From Parcubacteria group bacterium GW2011_GWA2_43_13 (GTDB lineage Bacteria > Patescibacteriota > Patescibacteriia > UBA9629 > GWA2-43-13): a stretch of DNA of 64,000 bases. Both the position numbers and the translations under genes were made by a program. Shown piece after piece: positions 21,774-31,886 of this stretch; position 1 is the first letter of the stretch, and the number at the start of each line of letters is the position of its first letter. Below the pieces are notes generated by a model. The model saw nothing but the letters and a program-made list of their open reading frames with translations. It did not search any database and had not been told where the DNA came from. Location of the stretch: NCBI GenBank assembly GCA_000999025.1, contig LCFM01000001.1, positions 1,198-65,197 of the forward strand. The letters are read 5' to 3'.

Positions 21774-24700
21774 TTACTTCTTTTTCAACCAGCCGAAGAT
21801 ATCAGAAAAATTCTTCACAATAACATCTATAACATTTTCCGTATTAGTCGCGGCAAGCATGGTATAGGTATCTGACTCGCTTTTGTTTCCACTTTCATCA
21901 ATACTCACAACTTTATACTGATACACCGCTCCTGGCGCTTGTCGTGTCAAAACAACAACGTGATTCCGAGTATATTCCTTACTCTCTTGAGTTTTCATTT
22001 CCTCACCTTGTGTCGCTCCCAATCCTGCCCAAAATACAACCTGACTATTTGACGGCTCATCTGTGCGCCATGTCATCAAGGTCTGCACTTTTGCCTCCAC
22101 TCCCGGATACAATGTTGACTGGGCATCAACTTGGCTGATCTGCGGACCTTCTCGGTCTATCAAGGTTGTTGCATCGCCCAGCACCCGCTCAACCGCTTTT
22201 TCGCTCCGATCACGGCTGATAATCCGCAACGCGTACCGCGTGCCAGGAGCAAGGTTTGTAAGTTCAATGTTGTGATCTAAAGAAAAATCCGTTTTTCCCT
22301 GCGTTCCCCTGCGTGCTGTGTCTAATGCGCCAGTTCCATTATATGGTGTATATTCCACCTGCCCGTCCGCATCCACATTTGTACGCCACTGCAATGTAAT
22401 GCGACTTGCGGTTATATCAGTAACATTGGCAACCACTATTTCTAATGTATCTGACGGCGTGATAAATTCATAATCACGGCTTTTTGCCACTGCACCGACA
22501 GCGCCTTGTGAACGCAACTGGTAATGATATTTTGTCGCAGATCGCAAATCGGAAATTTTAACAGTATGCTCGCTCACATATTCACGGGAATTACCCACCT
22601 CAACCAGATACGGTTCTTTTGCAGTTGAAGAATACAAAGCATCAGGAACAAGACCGACTAAACTATTTGACGACTTATCTGTTTTCCAATAAAACGTAGC
22701 ACTGGTTGGCGTTAATTCAATAATAGGCAACCCTTCCACAATTTGCGGGCCTGGAATGTCCTGCGAAGCAGTGGCGATTAACTCCTGCAACACACCCGGA
22801 TCATTCCTTAATGATCCTGATGCCAATTGCCGCACTAATTGTTCAAAATTCCGTGTTACCTTTTTTACCGCATCTTCTCGCGTGCCGGCATTTTGCGGCA
22901 CTTCCACTGACAAAGATAATGTTTTAGTTAAAATTTCTTTTTGTTCTTCTTTTGGTTTATCTTGTATCTCATTTTTAATCTCTTTTATTTTATCGGCAGT
23001 AAGCGGTTCTTGTATCACCTCTTCTTTCGGCGGTATCGGATCTGTCGCCTTGAGAGCGCCGGTTGTAAAATTCTTCACCTCACTACTTCGCTTATTGCCT
23101 GCGCTGTCCGCCACTTCCGCTTTTACAAAATATTTCGTCGCGCTCTTTAATCCGCTCAACGAAAGAGTATGAGTTGTGTTCAATGAGTCCGATTCTTTTG
23201 TTTGCGATAAACTCGCGCTTGTTGTTCCGTATGAAAGAATAGCGCGCGATGATTCATCTGTGCGGACGTTAATGACAGCTGTTGTTGAAGACGTTTCTGT
23301 TATATCAAAAATGAGAATACTCGGCGCGAGGCGATCCGGCTCAACAGTGATCATTCCGCTGGAAGCACCCGTTGTTGCCGCAGTTCTGAACGTCAAACTA
23401 TTACTGCTATTTTCTGTGGCGCTGTTAGCGCTCGCGTCTTTGCTCCGCACTTGATAATAATAGGTGGTAAATGCGTTCAGCCCTGTCAATACAACAGTAT
23501 GCGTTTGCCCGGCGCTTACCATTGTCGGCACACCTTGACTTAAACCATATGTTAAATTCGTACTGTAATCAATCCAACTATCACTGGTCTCGTTTGTCTG
23601 AAACGTAAGAGTTACAGTCGTTCCGCTCACCGAAGGAGTTCCGATAGCGCTGATTGTAGGCGCTGTTTGATCATCGCTTCCTGCTGTTTCACCAGTATCA
23701 ACTCTCCCGTTTGCTGTTCCTGCTACTGTACTTGATCTTTGGCTGACATTTCCAGCGCTGTCAACAGTAACAACATAATATGTATATGCCGTGCTATCGC
23801 TCACACTCGTATCAGTATAATAATTCACCTCATTATCACCGGCTATCGTACTTGCTAACGCATACGATCCGCTTCCAACTTTTCGGTATACTTTATAACT
23901 CCCAAATCCAGGCGCAGGATCTGCAACGACCTGCCATGATACAAACAACCGATACACCGGCGTGGATAATTTTGTGTTTGATGTCTCAATTATTGCCAGA
24001 TTTGTTGGCGTTGTCGGCGTAATGCTTGAAACGGTTGTGATATTTCCTTTCGCATCTTTAATATGCAAATATAGAGTCGCAGGATCGGCGCTTAACGCAT
24101 AATCTGTTTTACTGGTTGCGTATGTTTCGTACTCGCCGGTCGGACTACTGGTACTTGCCGCGCGCATGGTGATGGAATTGTCATCTGATCCTGCAATAGT
24201 TACATCCGCCGTATTTGCTGTTTCTTTATTTGCATTCACCACCAAGCTCACGCTGATTGGGTCTTTGGTATCTAATGTAAATGACGATGCATTAGCGCTT
24301 CCAAAACGATTTCCTGCCTCACCGTCATCTGCCAAAACCTTTACAACCATGCTCCCGTACAATCCGTCAATATCGGTATTGGCTGTCCATGCAATAGTTT
24401 TGCCAGTGCCAGTTGCAATATTTACGCCAACACCTGTTCCGCTTGTGGTAACTGCTTTTACAAACAACGCAGTGCCAGGTGTATGCGCCGCGGCCGCAGA
24501 GCTGTTTACCCCACGCGTGATAGTGCCTTGTAAATTACTCCCTGTTTTGGACGTATATGTCATCATCTCATTATCTATCAAAATCGTTGCCGCGTCTGGT
24601 AAATTCGCAATACTTGATACAATAATCGCAGTTGTATCGCTGTTAGATAATTCTTCGTTTAATGTTACCCCTGCTGGTTGATAATACACTGTAATATCGG

Positions 24701-27700
24701 CATCGCTGTTATCGGCATCGGCAAAATCATACGCAATATTCACAGCGCCGTCACTGCCTTGAGTTGCGGTAATATTACTGATAACCGGCGCGGCATTCAC
24801 AGTATAGGTTACTGTTACATCACTGACAGTTGGTGTTGCGAATCCTGCGCTTGCTAAAAAAAGTTTATATTGAAAATACTGATCATTCGCTCCGATATTC
24901 AAAAGATGTCCTGCCGCCAATGAAGAATTGTTATTGGCTGTTTCAAAATAGTTACTCCCACTGCACGATCCGGCGGAATCCGCATATCCGCACCAATTGC
25001 TCCACGTATTACCATCTGATGAAGAACGAATTTGGAATTTTATGGTCTCGGTTCCGGATGTTCCTGTGGCCGTCCATGCAATTTTATTCATCACATTGCC
25101 TGATGACTGGGTGTTAAATGTATTAGAAGTGAGCGTGCCAGGTTGATAATTGTTATACGCAATCGTAATATCGCTTAAGGTAGAGGTATAGCCAGTATCT
25201 GCGGTTGCAAGAAATAATTTATACCTGATATACCGCTTGCCGTTTAATGCTGAATGAATAGCTGTTCCTGATGAGCTAAAATACGTTCCACTTGTTCCAT
25301 CGCTACCGACATAGTCGCCAGAGACCCAACCGCTGTCTGCGTCTTTTCCGGCGACTTGCACGCTGAACGCATTATCTCCTGTTTGCGAAGGAACGGTAGA
25401 TGTCCATGTGAGATTGCCAAAACTCGCAGGCAGTGTTGCCAAATCAATGGTCGCGGATTCAAAGTTGCCTGATGTGGTATATGCATTAGTAGATACCAAA
25501 TACCTAAACAGCGCATATGTATTATTAGCTGTAGTATAATATACTCCTATATGCGTACTTTCTGTAACAAAAACCATACCAGTCGTCGTATAATTTGACG
25601 AATCTCCACTTACAGACGTACCTCCTAATGCAGTCCACGCGTTATCAGCAATAGAATATTTTAAAAATTCGTATGACGAAACTCCAGGCGTAAGATAAAA
25701 TAGACCGTTAGTAGAATCATATGCAAACCCAGCACCCCCTTGTATTGTACCTGCGCTTGAGGGAGCCGATTTTGCGCTCCATACTCCTGTCCCAGCATTA
25801 TAGGTGTACAATGTTGGGCTTGATCCTCCAAACAACACATAAAAAACTCCGTCTGTAACATAATATCGAGCAAAATTCCCATAATTATTATTTGCGTTTT
25901 GAGGCGCGGCTGTCAGTGTTTCCCAAGAATTGCCAGATATACTGTAACGATAAAAAGTAGTTGCACCACCACCTGCAAGTACATAAATATAATTATCTCC
26001 CGGAACACGAAAAACAACAGATCCAGTGGTGATTGTGCCCGGCGCGTCAGTCAACGGAGCGATGGTATTGGTGGAGATAGTATATTTTTTAAATGTTGCT
26101 GTTGCTCCACCATAAACAATATAAATAGTATCTGATGTGCCGTCACGAGATAGTGAATATCCATTACTCACAGAGCCACCGATTGACGCGCTTGCTGTGC
26201 ATGTATTTGAGGTGATGGAATATTTATAAACAGTATTATTACCGTTTCCTAAAAAAAATATTTCATCATCAATGCTGTTGCGGATCATACCAACACCTCT
26301 AGCGCTATTATTTCCCATGCAAGTTGAAAGGGATGACCAAGTATCTGTACTTATTGTATATTTGACAAGGTTATTATTCCCTCCCCCCCTGTGTATAAAA
26401 ATCTTCCCATCTCCGTCAGCATATATCATCTGCGCACCAGATGCAAAATAATAAATGGGAGAAACAGACAGAGATGAACTATCAGAACTCTGCCAAGAAT
26501 TTCCCGAAATAGAATATCGAGCAAAATGAGGCTGAGATAATTGATACCCATAAATATAATCACCCAAAATCACAGGGTGCTTTGCATTGAAAGCGACAGT
26601 GCCTGGAACAGAGCTTGACCATGTTCCACCTGCAATTGAATATATTCTAATGATTGCTGAAAAAACAGCATAAAGATTCGTTCCTGCGTCATTTATGAAC
26701 AGATTTCCGTTGCCATTTACCGTCGCTGGCAATGAAGTAAGAGCGCTCCAATTATCATCTCCGGTTGCATATTTATAAAAACTACTAGATCCTCCTCCGA
26801 CTACAACATAAATATCAGTTCCCACCATCCGCATTGATCCTCCATCCCCTACAGATGCCGGCACAATGGCTAATGTACTCCAACTATTGCCTGAAATAGA
26901 ATACTTATAAAATCCGGTTGAGCTATTACCACTCATAACATAAATGCCATTTGAACCATCCCAAAGCATCCGTGCTCCGGTACTAACACCCGAAGGAACA
27001 GATGTAAGAGCACTACTCCAAGTCCCTGCACTTATCGAATATCTATAAAACAGTACACCCCCGCCTGCAGGCAAAAAATAAATATAACCATCTGCAAGTA
27101 ACAATCCTCCACCCGAATCACTTGAAGTGGTTGCTGTGGAATTTAATGTTACCCATTGATTCGTGCTGATAGAGTATTTATAAAAACCAGTACCCGCAGC
27201 ACCTCTTGTAACATATAGATCAGTCCCATTCAACACCATCCGAGGGTTCCCTATTGTTTCTGGAGCAGATGCCAATGTAGTCCACTGATTTGTGCTAATT
27301 GTATATTTATAAAAATTGGTTGTCGTTACTCCTGCTAATACATATAAGTCGTCTGTACCATAGGGAAGCATTGGTGCATTTATTGATCCAACAGGAAGTC
27401 TAGCGAAAGATGTGCTCCACGCGTTTACAGCAGATGTTCCGCCTTGCAAAGTAACGGTCCCGCTCGCTCCGGAACCGTTCACTTGGGTGGATGTGTTTGC
27501 GCCATTTCCAAATCCGCCACCTGTGGCGCTACTAGTGGTTGTTAATGTGCCGTCGTCAGTTGCGGTAAAAGATGATGTTGCAAGCGTGATATCGGCACCT
27601 GCGGTAACATTACTATCTTTGTCTAAATATTCTGTCCATCCGTTTTGGTTAGAGGCGTGCGTTGCCGGATTTTCCGTTTCAGTATTCCATGCGGTTTGAA

Positions 27701-27830
27701 GAAAGGTATAGTTTGCGCTTCTGCCAAAATCCCAAAATGATGCAAGTAATATCACAACCACAAACATCACCATAGCGCCACACCCAATACCTATTAAAAA
27801 TGTTTTTTTATTTTTAAAAAACTGAATCAT
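21774..27830 (-). CDS. Giant (about 2000 aa) cell-surface protein with Kelch-type beta-propeller repeats and fibronectin-III-like domains
   Basis: N-terminal TM/signal (MIQFFKNKKTFLIGIGCGAMVMFVVVILL). More than 15 repeats of ..FYKYSIS.N.W..L.. . Several FN3-like units (TYYYQVRSKDASAN; TKYHYQLRS). Confidence 0.75.
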   Translation of the reverse strand: MIQFFKNKKTFLIGIGCGAMVMFVVVILLASFWDFGRSANYTFLQTAWNTETENPATHASNQNGWTEYLDKDSNVTAGADITLATSSFTATDDGTLTTTSSATGGGFGNGANTSTQVNGSGASGTVTLQGGTSAVNAWSTSFARLPVGSINAPMLPYGTDDLYVLAGVTTTNFYKYTISTNQWTTLASAPETIGNPRMVLNGTDLYVTRGAAGTGFYKYSISTNQWVTLNSTATTSSDSGGGLLLADGYIYFLPAGGGVLFYRYSISAGTWSSALTSVPSGVSTGARMLWDGSNGIYVMSGNSSTGFYKYSISGNSWSTLAIVPASVGDGGSMRMVGTDIYVVVGGGSSSFYKYATGDDNWSALTSLPATVNGNGNLFINDAGTNLYAVFSAIIRIYSIAGGTWSSSVPGTVAFNAKHPVILGDYIYGYQLSQPHFARYSISGNSWQSSDSSSLSVSPIYYFASGAQMIYADGDGKIFIHRGGGNNNLVKYTISTDTWSSLSTCMGNNSARGVGMIRNSIDDEIFFLGNGNNTVYKYSITSNTCTASASIGGSVSNGYSLSRDGTSDTIYIVYGGATATFKKYTISTNTIAPLTDAPGTITTGSVVFRVPGDNYIYVLAGGGATTFYRYSISGNSWETLTAAPQNANNNYGNFARYYVTDGVFYVLFGGSSPTLYTYNAGTGVWSAKSAPSSAGTIQGGAGFAYDSTNGLFYLTPGVSSYEFLKYSIADNAWTALGGTSVSGDSSNYTTTGMVFVTESTHIGVYYTTANNTYALFRYLVSTNAYTTSGNFESATIDLATLPASFGNLTWTSTVPSQTGDNAFSVQVAGKDADSGWVSGDYVGSDGTSGTYFSSSGTAIHSALNGKRYIRYKLFLATADTGYTSTLSDITIAYNNYQPGTLTSNTFNTQSSGNVMNKIAWTATGTSGTETIKFQIRSSSDGNTWSNWCGYADSAGSCSGSNYFETANNNSSLAAGHLLNIGANDQYFQYKLFLASAGFATPTVSDVTVTYTVNAAPVISNITATQGSDGAVNIAYDFADADNSDADITVYYQPAGVTLNEELSNSDTTAIIVSSIANLPDAATILIDNEMMTYTSKTGSNLQGTITRGVNSSAAAAHTPGTALFVKAVTTSGTGVGVNIATGTGKTIAWTANTDIDGLYGSMVVKVLADDGEAGNRFGSANASSFTLDTKDPISVSLVVNANKETANTADVTIAGSDDNSITMRAASTSSPTGEYETYATSKTDYALSADPATLYLHIKDAKGNITTVSSITPTTPTNLAIIETSNTKLSTPVYRLFVSWQVVADPAPGFGSYKVYRKVGSGSYALASTIAGDNEVNYYTDTSVSDSTAYTYYVVTVDSAGNVSQRSSTVAGTANGRVDTGETAGSDDQTAPTISAIGTPSVSGTTVTLTFQTNETSDSWIDYSTNLTYGLSQGVPTMVSAGQTHTVVLTGLNAFTTYYYQVRSKDASANSATENSSNSLTFRTAATTGASSGMITVEPDRLAPSILIFDITETSSTTAVINVRTDESSRAILSYGTTSASLSQTKESDSLNTTHTLSLSGLKSATKYFVKAEVADSAGNKRSSEVKNFTTGALKATDPIPPKEEVIQEPLTADKIKEIKNEIQDKPKEEQKEILTKTLSLSVEVPQNAGTREDAVKKVTRNFEQLVRQLASGSLRNDPGVLQELIATASQDIPGPQIVEGLPIIELTPTSATFYWKTDKSSNSLVGLVPDALYSSTAKEPYLVEVGNSREYVSEHTVKISDLRSATKYHYQLRSQGAVGAVAKSRDYEFITPSDTLEIVVANVTDITASRITLQWRTNVDADGQVEYTPYNGTGALDTARRGTQGKTDFSLDHNIELTNLAPGTRYALRIISRDRSEKAVERVLGDATTLIDREGPQISQVDAQSTLYPGVEAKVQTLMTWRTDEPSNSQVVFWAGLGATQGEEMKTQESKEYTRNHVVVLTRQAPGAVYQYKVVSIDESGNKSESDTYTMLAATNTENVIDVIVKNFSDIFGWLKKK

Positions 27831-27894
27831 AGGACCATCTTCAAAACAAACAAAAAAGTTATGCACAATTTATAATAGTATATCACATTTCATT

Positions 27895-27922
27895 GTAGAG
27901 ACGTATAGCAATACGTCTCTAC
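27895..27922. repeat. Family A repeat, variant loop
   Basis: GTAGAGACGTATAGCAATACGTCTCTAC. Confidence 0.75.
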
Positions 27923-30900
27923 GCATCGCTGAAATCACACATTTTTTTAAACGGACACCACTGGCAATGATAGCCAGGGGTTGCAGAAAACGCACTCTCC
28001 TCCATATGCTGAATCTGCTGTTTGATATTGAGCTGTAATTGCTCAAGGTCATCAGTGCCTCCTAAAAATGAGACCATTGAATCATCTTCAAGATAATGAT
28101 ATGTCAATCGCAACGGCACATACCCCAACACCTGTTGAACCGCAATCTGATACAATAACAATTGATGCTTGTCTTCTATGCTCATCTTGTCTCCTTTCGG
28201 CGTACCGGTTTTGTAATCAATGATTTCAACCCCTTCGTGCCCATCTATCACAATCGGATCAATGCGGTCAATACGACCCCACAGCGCGTATCGTTTCCCA
28301 TTATTCATCACTGGAAATTCAAACATTTTTTCAAGCGCAATTGGAACCGGCCATCCGCCTTTATATCGCTCTATCAGTGATGCAATAATCTCTTTCCCTT
28401 TTTTATCATACTCGTCTCGTTGTGTTTTTGATGTATACCAATCATCAATCCAACACTGATCATAGAATTTTAATAATTCCTTTTCTTCTAACACAATAGT
28501 GCTACCGGTTTCAGAAATGCTGTTGCCAAAAAGATCTGTCTGACCAATACGGGATGCGCGATCCTGAACCAAAAAAAACGCTTTTTGTAGCAATGAATGC
28601 ATAGTGGTGCCAAAAGAAAACATTGGCGTGCCTTCAACTACTGGAACTTTTAAAATATGTTCGTATTTATATTTCAGCGGGCAGGTTGCGAATGATTGTA
28701 ATTTTGTGTGGCTTAATGCATAAATATTTCGATATTTTGATATGTCGATATTTCGGGTGTCGGATTGCGGATTGTGGGGATCAATACCGCCCTCGGAGCG
28801 TAGAGACGGGGTTAACCCCGTCTCTACGGATGGGAGGGAGAGAATGTTTGCCACAATGTTTGCCTCAACAACAAACCGCGAGATTTTCTTTTTTCTTACT
28901 CCGCCGTAATCATCCGCGCTGGTAAAGTAAAGCGCATTTTTTGCCCGTGTCATGGCGACATAGCAAAGCCGCCGCTCTTCCTGCAGGTGTTCGTCTCCTG
29001 TTGGCAGTGTTTCGTGAATCAAGTCATCAGGGAGCGGGATACTATCCCCACGATTTGAAGTTGGAAACTTTTGTTCCACCATATTCACCACGCAGACAGT
29101 ATCAAACTCAAGCCCTTTCGCAGAATGCACAGTTAAAATATTGACCGCGTCTTCATCTCGTAATTCCAATTGTTCAAACCTGCCGTCATTGCCTGACCCG
29201 CGCTCAAGTTCAATTTCATCTGTAAAATGCTTAATGTGTGTATCGTCATGCGATTGCTCAAATTCGGCAACACGCTGATAAAACTGGCCCACGCACCATA
29301 AATCATCAATCGCTCTTTGCTGTTCTTGGGATGCGGGACTATTTGCTCTATCGCTTAATACCTTCATATACCCACTCTCTTGCATAAAATCATCAATAAT
29401 CTGGCCAGCAGAGTACTCGCGCGCAAGCGCAGTATGGCGGGAAATCAAATGAGTAAGTTTTTGAATACGCTCCCGCGCTTCGTCTGAAAGCGACGGAATA
29501 AGTTGCGCGTCTTTTAACGCCTCATAAAACGACACTGCTTTTCTTTTCATGTACTGTTGAATACAGGAAATATCCTCATACCGAATGGCATATACAGGAG
29601 TTGTCAGTAAACGGTAACACGACTGGGCATCATGGTAGTTATCCAAAAGATTAATATACGCAAAAATATCTAAAATAACCGGCGTACGATACAACCCCCG
29701 TTGCGCCCAAAATTGATATGGTATCTGTTCTGATCCGCACGCACGGCAGAATGGGTCAGCAGAATCATTTGCTCGCACAAGAAGCGCCATATCTTTCCAC
29801 GCAACGCCGGTATCATGCCTCTGTTTGAGAAGCGCCATAACAGATCCAATTTCATCATCAAGCTTTGCGCAATGAATATGTTTGATAATCCCTATTTCAT
29901 GCGACTGGGAAATGAGTTTTTTTGAAATTGGCATGTGCCGATTATCTACTCCCGTAGAGACGGGGTTAACCCCGTCTCTACGTGGCATAAGCGTCTCTAC
30001 ACTCTCATCCTCTTTATCCCGCCTTCCCGAACTCTTCAACTGCGCCTCTAATCGATCAGGATTATTATACTGAATAAGAGTGTATGCAGAATCCAATATA
30101 TTCTGCTTTGACCTATAATTTTGCGTAAGAACAATCTCCTCGCTTTCTGGAAAATCTTTTTTAAAACTTAAAATATTGCTCACTGACGCGCCGCGAAATT
30201 TATAAATTGCCTGATCATCATCTCCCACAACCATGATATTTTTTTCACGGCCTGCAGAGACGCCCCCCTGGGGCGTCTCATCTCGCGCGCCATTAGAGAC
30301 GCGCCCCTGGCGCGTCTCTACCCCTACAAGAAGTTTAGTGAGTTCATATTGTGCCCAGTTCGTATCCTGAAATTCATCAACTAATATGTAGTGGAACTTC
30401 TGTTGATAATACGCCCTCACGCGCGGACGCTGTTGCAACAACTGCACGGCATAGACAATAAGATCGCCAAAATCCATCACATTCTCTGTGAGCAATAATT
30501 GCTGATATGAGTGATAGATATGTGCTATTTCTTGAACGCGATCTGACTTGCTCTCATCTCCGGCTTCGGCACGATCTTTGTTTAATCTTATACTATCAGC
30601 ATATTCCAAATACCGTTCAGGTGTAATCAGCTCATCTTTTGCGCGGCTGAAATGTTTTAACAAATCACGCAAAAATTTTGTCGGATTGCCTTTGGGCTTA
30701 TAATATGAAAGTGGCAGATCATCAAGATGATTGCGTAACAACAGCCACTGATCTGTTTCATTTAACAACTTTGCGTCAGCTGGTAAACCGATCTCAATAC
30801 CAAACCTGCGTATAATTTTTTCGCAAAATGAATGAAAAGTTGAAATTTCTAAATCATAATATCCCTGCGTCAAAAGCCCGGCAACGCGATCTTCCATTTC

Positions 30901-31095
30901 GGCAGACGCTTTGTCAGTAAAGGTAAGCGCGAGAATGCGATCGCTTGAAATTTTTTTTTCTTCAATCAGCCATGCGATACGACGGGTAATAACTGTTGTT
31001 TTTCCGGTTCCTGCGCCAGCGATAATCAGCACAGGGCCATCTTGCGCAGTGACTGCCTGAAGTTGCTCATTGTTTAATCCTTCTAAATGATTCAT
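27919..31095 (-). CDS. UvrD/PcrA-family helicase fused to a C-terminal RecB-type PD-(D/E)xK nuclease (AddA-like)
   Basis: N-terminal AGAGTGKT Walker A; DExQD (ILVDEFQDTN); motif III VVGDDDQAIYKFRGA. C-terminal nuclease IDYKTG plus a Cys cluster (CQWCPFKKMC). Three in-frame family A inserts. Confidence 0.85.
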   Translation of the reverse strand: MNHLEGLNNEQLQAVTAQDGPVLIIAGAGTGKTTVITRRIAWLIEEKKISSDRILALTFTDKASAEMEDRVAGLLTQGYYDLEISTFHSFCEKIIRRFGIEIGLPADAKLLNETDQWLLLRNHLDDLPLSYYKPKGNPTKFLRDLLKHFSRAKDELITPERYLEYADSIRLNKDRAEAGDESKSDRVQEIAHIYHSYQQLLLTENVMDFGDLIVYAVQLLQQRPRVRAYYQQKFHYILVDEFQDTNWAQYELTKLLVGVETRQGRVSNGARDETPQGGVSAGREKNIMVVGDDDQAIYKFRGASVSNILSFKKDFPESEEIVLTQNYRSKQNILDSAYTLIQYNNPDRLEAQLKSSGRRDKEDESVETLMPRRDGVNPVSTGVDNRHMPISKKLISQSHEIGIIKHIHCAKLDDEIGSVMALLKQRHDTGVAWKDMALLVRANDSADPFCRACGSEQIPYQFWAQRGLYRTPVILDIFAYINLLDNYHDAQSCYRLLTTPVYAIRYEDISCIQQYMKRKAVSFYEALKDAQLIPSLSDEARERIQKLTHLISRHTALAREYSAGQIIDDFMQESGYMKVLSDRANSPASQEQQRAIDDLWCVGQFYQRVAEFEQSHDDTHIKHFTDEIELERGSGNDGRFEQLELRDEDAVNILTVHSAKGLEFDTVCVVNMVEQKFPTSNRGDSIPLPDDLIHETLPTGDEHLQEERRLCYVAMTRAKNALYFTSADDYGGVRKKKISRFVVEANIVANILSLPSVETGLTPSLRSEGGIDPHNPQSDTRNIDISKYRNIYALSHTKLQSFATCPLKYKYEHILKVPVVEGTPMFSFGTTMHSLLQKAFFLVQDRASRIGQTDLFGNSISETGSTIVLEEKELLKFYDQCWIDDWYTSKTQRDEYDKKGKEIIASLIERYKGGWPVPIALEKMFEFPVMNNGKRYALWGRIDRIDPIVIDGHEGVEIIDYKTGTPKGDKMSIEDKHQLLLYQIAVQQVLGYVPLRLTYHYLEDDSMVSFLGGTDDLEQLQLNIKQQIQHMEESAFSATPGYHCQWCPFKKMCDFSDA
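28800..28827. repeat. Family A repeat inside the helicase gene (encodes SVETGLTPSL)
   Basis: GTAGAGACGGGGTTAACCCCGTCTCTAC. Confidence 0.85.
29954..30000. repeat. Family A repeat plus partial copy inside the helicase gene (encodes RRDGVNPVSTGVDNRH)
   Basis: Full 28-mer followed by GCGTCTCTAC. Confidence 0.85.
30254..30322. repeat. Two variant family A units inside the helicase gene, between motifs II and III
   Basis: GCAGAGACGCCCCCCTGGGGCGTCTC and TTAGAGACGCGCCCCTGGCGCGTCTCTAC. Confidence 0.75.
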
Positions 31096-31156
31096 ATGTA
31101 AACATCATGTAAAGTGTATACGACCCTCTCATCTCAATGAATACCTTGGAAGTAAA

Positions 31157-31270
31157 CCTCTCCCTCCCCCCTCCTTGGTAAGGAGGAGGAATAACGCACG
31201 GCCTCTCTCCTTTACAAAGGAAAAAGATAACGACGACCTCTCTCCTTGACAAGGAGTGGGTAGGTGAGGT
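31157..31270. repeat. Cluster of about 3 family B hairpin units
   Basis: CCCTCCTTGGTAAGGAGGAGG .. CTCTCCTTTACAAAGGAAAAAG .. CTCTCCTTGACAAGGAGTGGG. Confidence 0.7.
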
Positions 31271-31316
31271 AAAAAGTTGACTCTTTTTGCTAAAAGATTT
31301 ATATATACAGTAATAT

Positions 31317-31886
31317 ATGATCCAACAATGGATAGCAACTTTTTTACTTGCCATGACGCCGATTGGAGAACTCCGAGCCGCTATTCCGGTAGCGCTTGCG
31401 GTGTATAAACTCAGCCCATGGCCTGTGCTGTTCGTCGCCATCGCAGGGAATATCATTCCTGTTTTTTTTATCTATCAGGCATTGGTGTGGATTGAACACA
31501 CAATACAATCATCATTAGAGAAAACACTCTCGCTGTTGCATCACGGCAATCGGGAAGAATTTATAAAAATAGTACTTGAAGATCCACAAAAAATAAAACC
31601 CCATCTGTCAAACACTCTCTTGTTGTGGGGATTCGCTTTGTATACTTTTTTACTCCGCAGGACTGCAAAAAAGTATGTCAACGCTCATAAACAACTTACC
31701 TTTTTTTCTCTTGCCGCGTTTGTCGCAATACCATTGCCAATGACCGGCGCCTGGACCGGCACGATACTGGCCTATCTCTTGGGAATCCCGCTCGGCAGAG
31801 CATTCCCATCCATATTGCTCGGCATTGGAATAGCAGGACTTATCACCACAGTGCTCTCATTAGGAGGCATCGCGCTTTCAAGTTAG
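31317..31886 (+). CDS. Small multidrug-export-like membrane protein (COG2426-like)
   Basis: N-terminal ..MTPIGELRAAIPVALAV.. motif, 4-5 TM helices; plus strand. Confidence 0.55.
   Translation: MIQQWIATFLLAMTPIGELRAAIPVALAVYKLSPWPVLFVAIAGNIIPVFFIYQALVWIEHTIQSSLEKTLSLLHHGNREEFIKIVLEDPQKIKPHLSNTLLLWGFALYTFLLRRTAKKYVNAHKQLTFFSLAAFVAIPLPMTGAWTGTILAYLLGIPLGRAFPSILLGIGIAGLITTVLSLGGIALSS

Noticed and set aside
31067-31456. 129-aa minus-strand ORF overlapping the family B repeat cluster
   Set aside because: Its length derives from the repeat units (PPYQGGGRERF...). No RBS or protein-like composition; treated as a repeat-generated spurious ORF.
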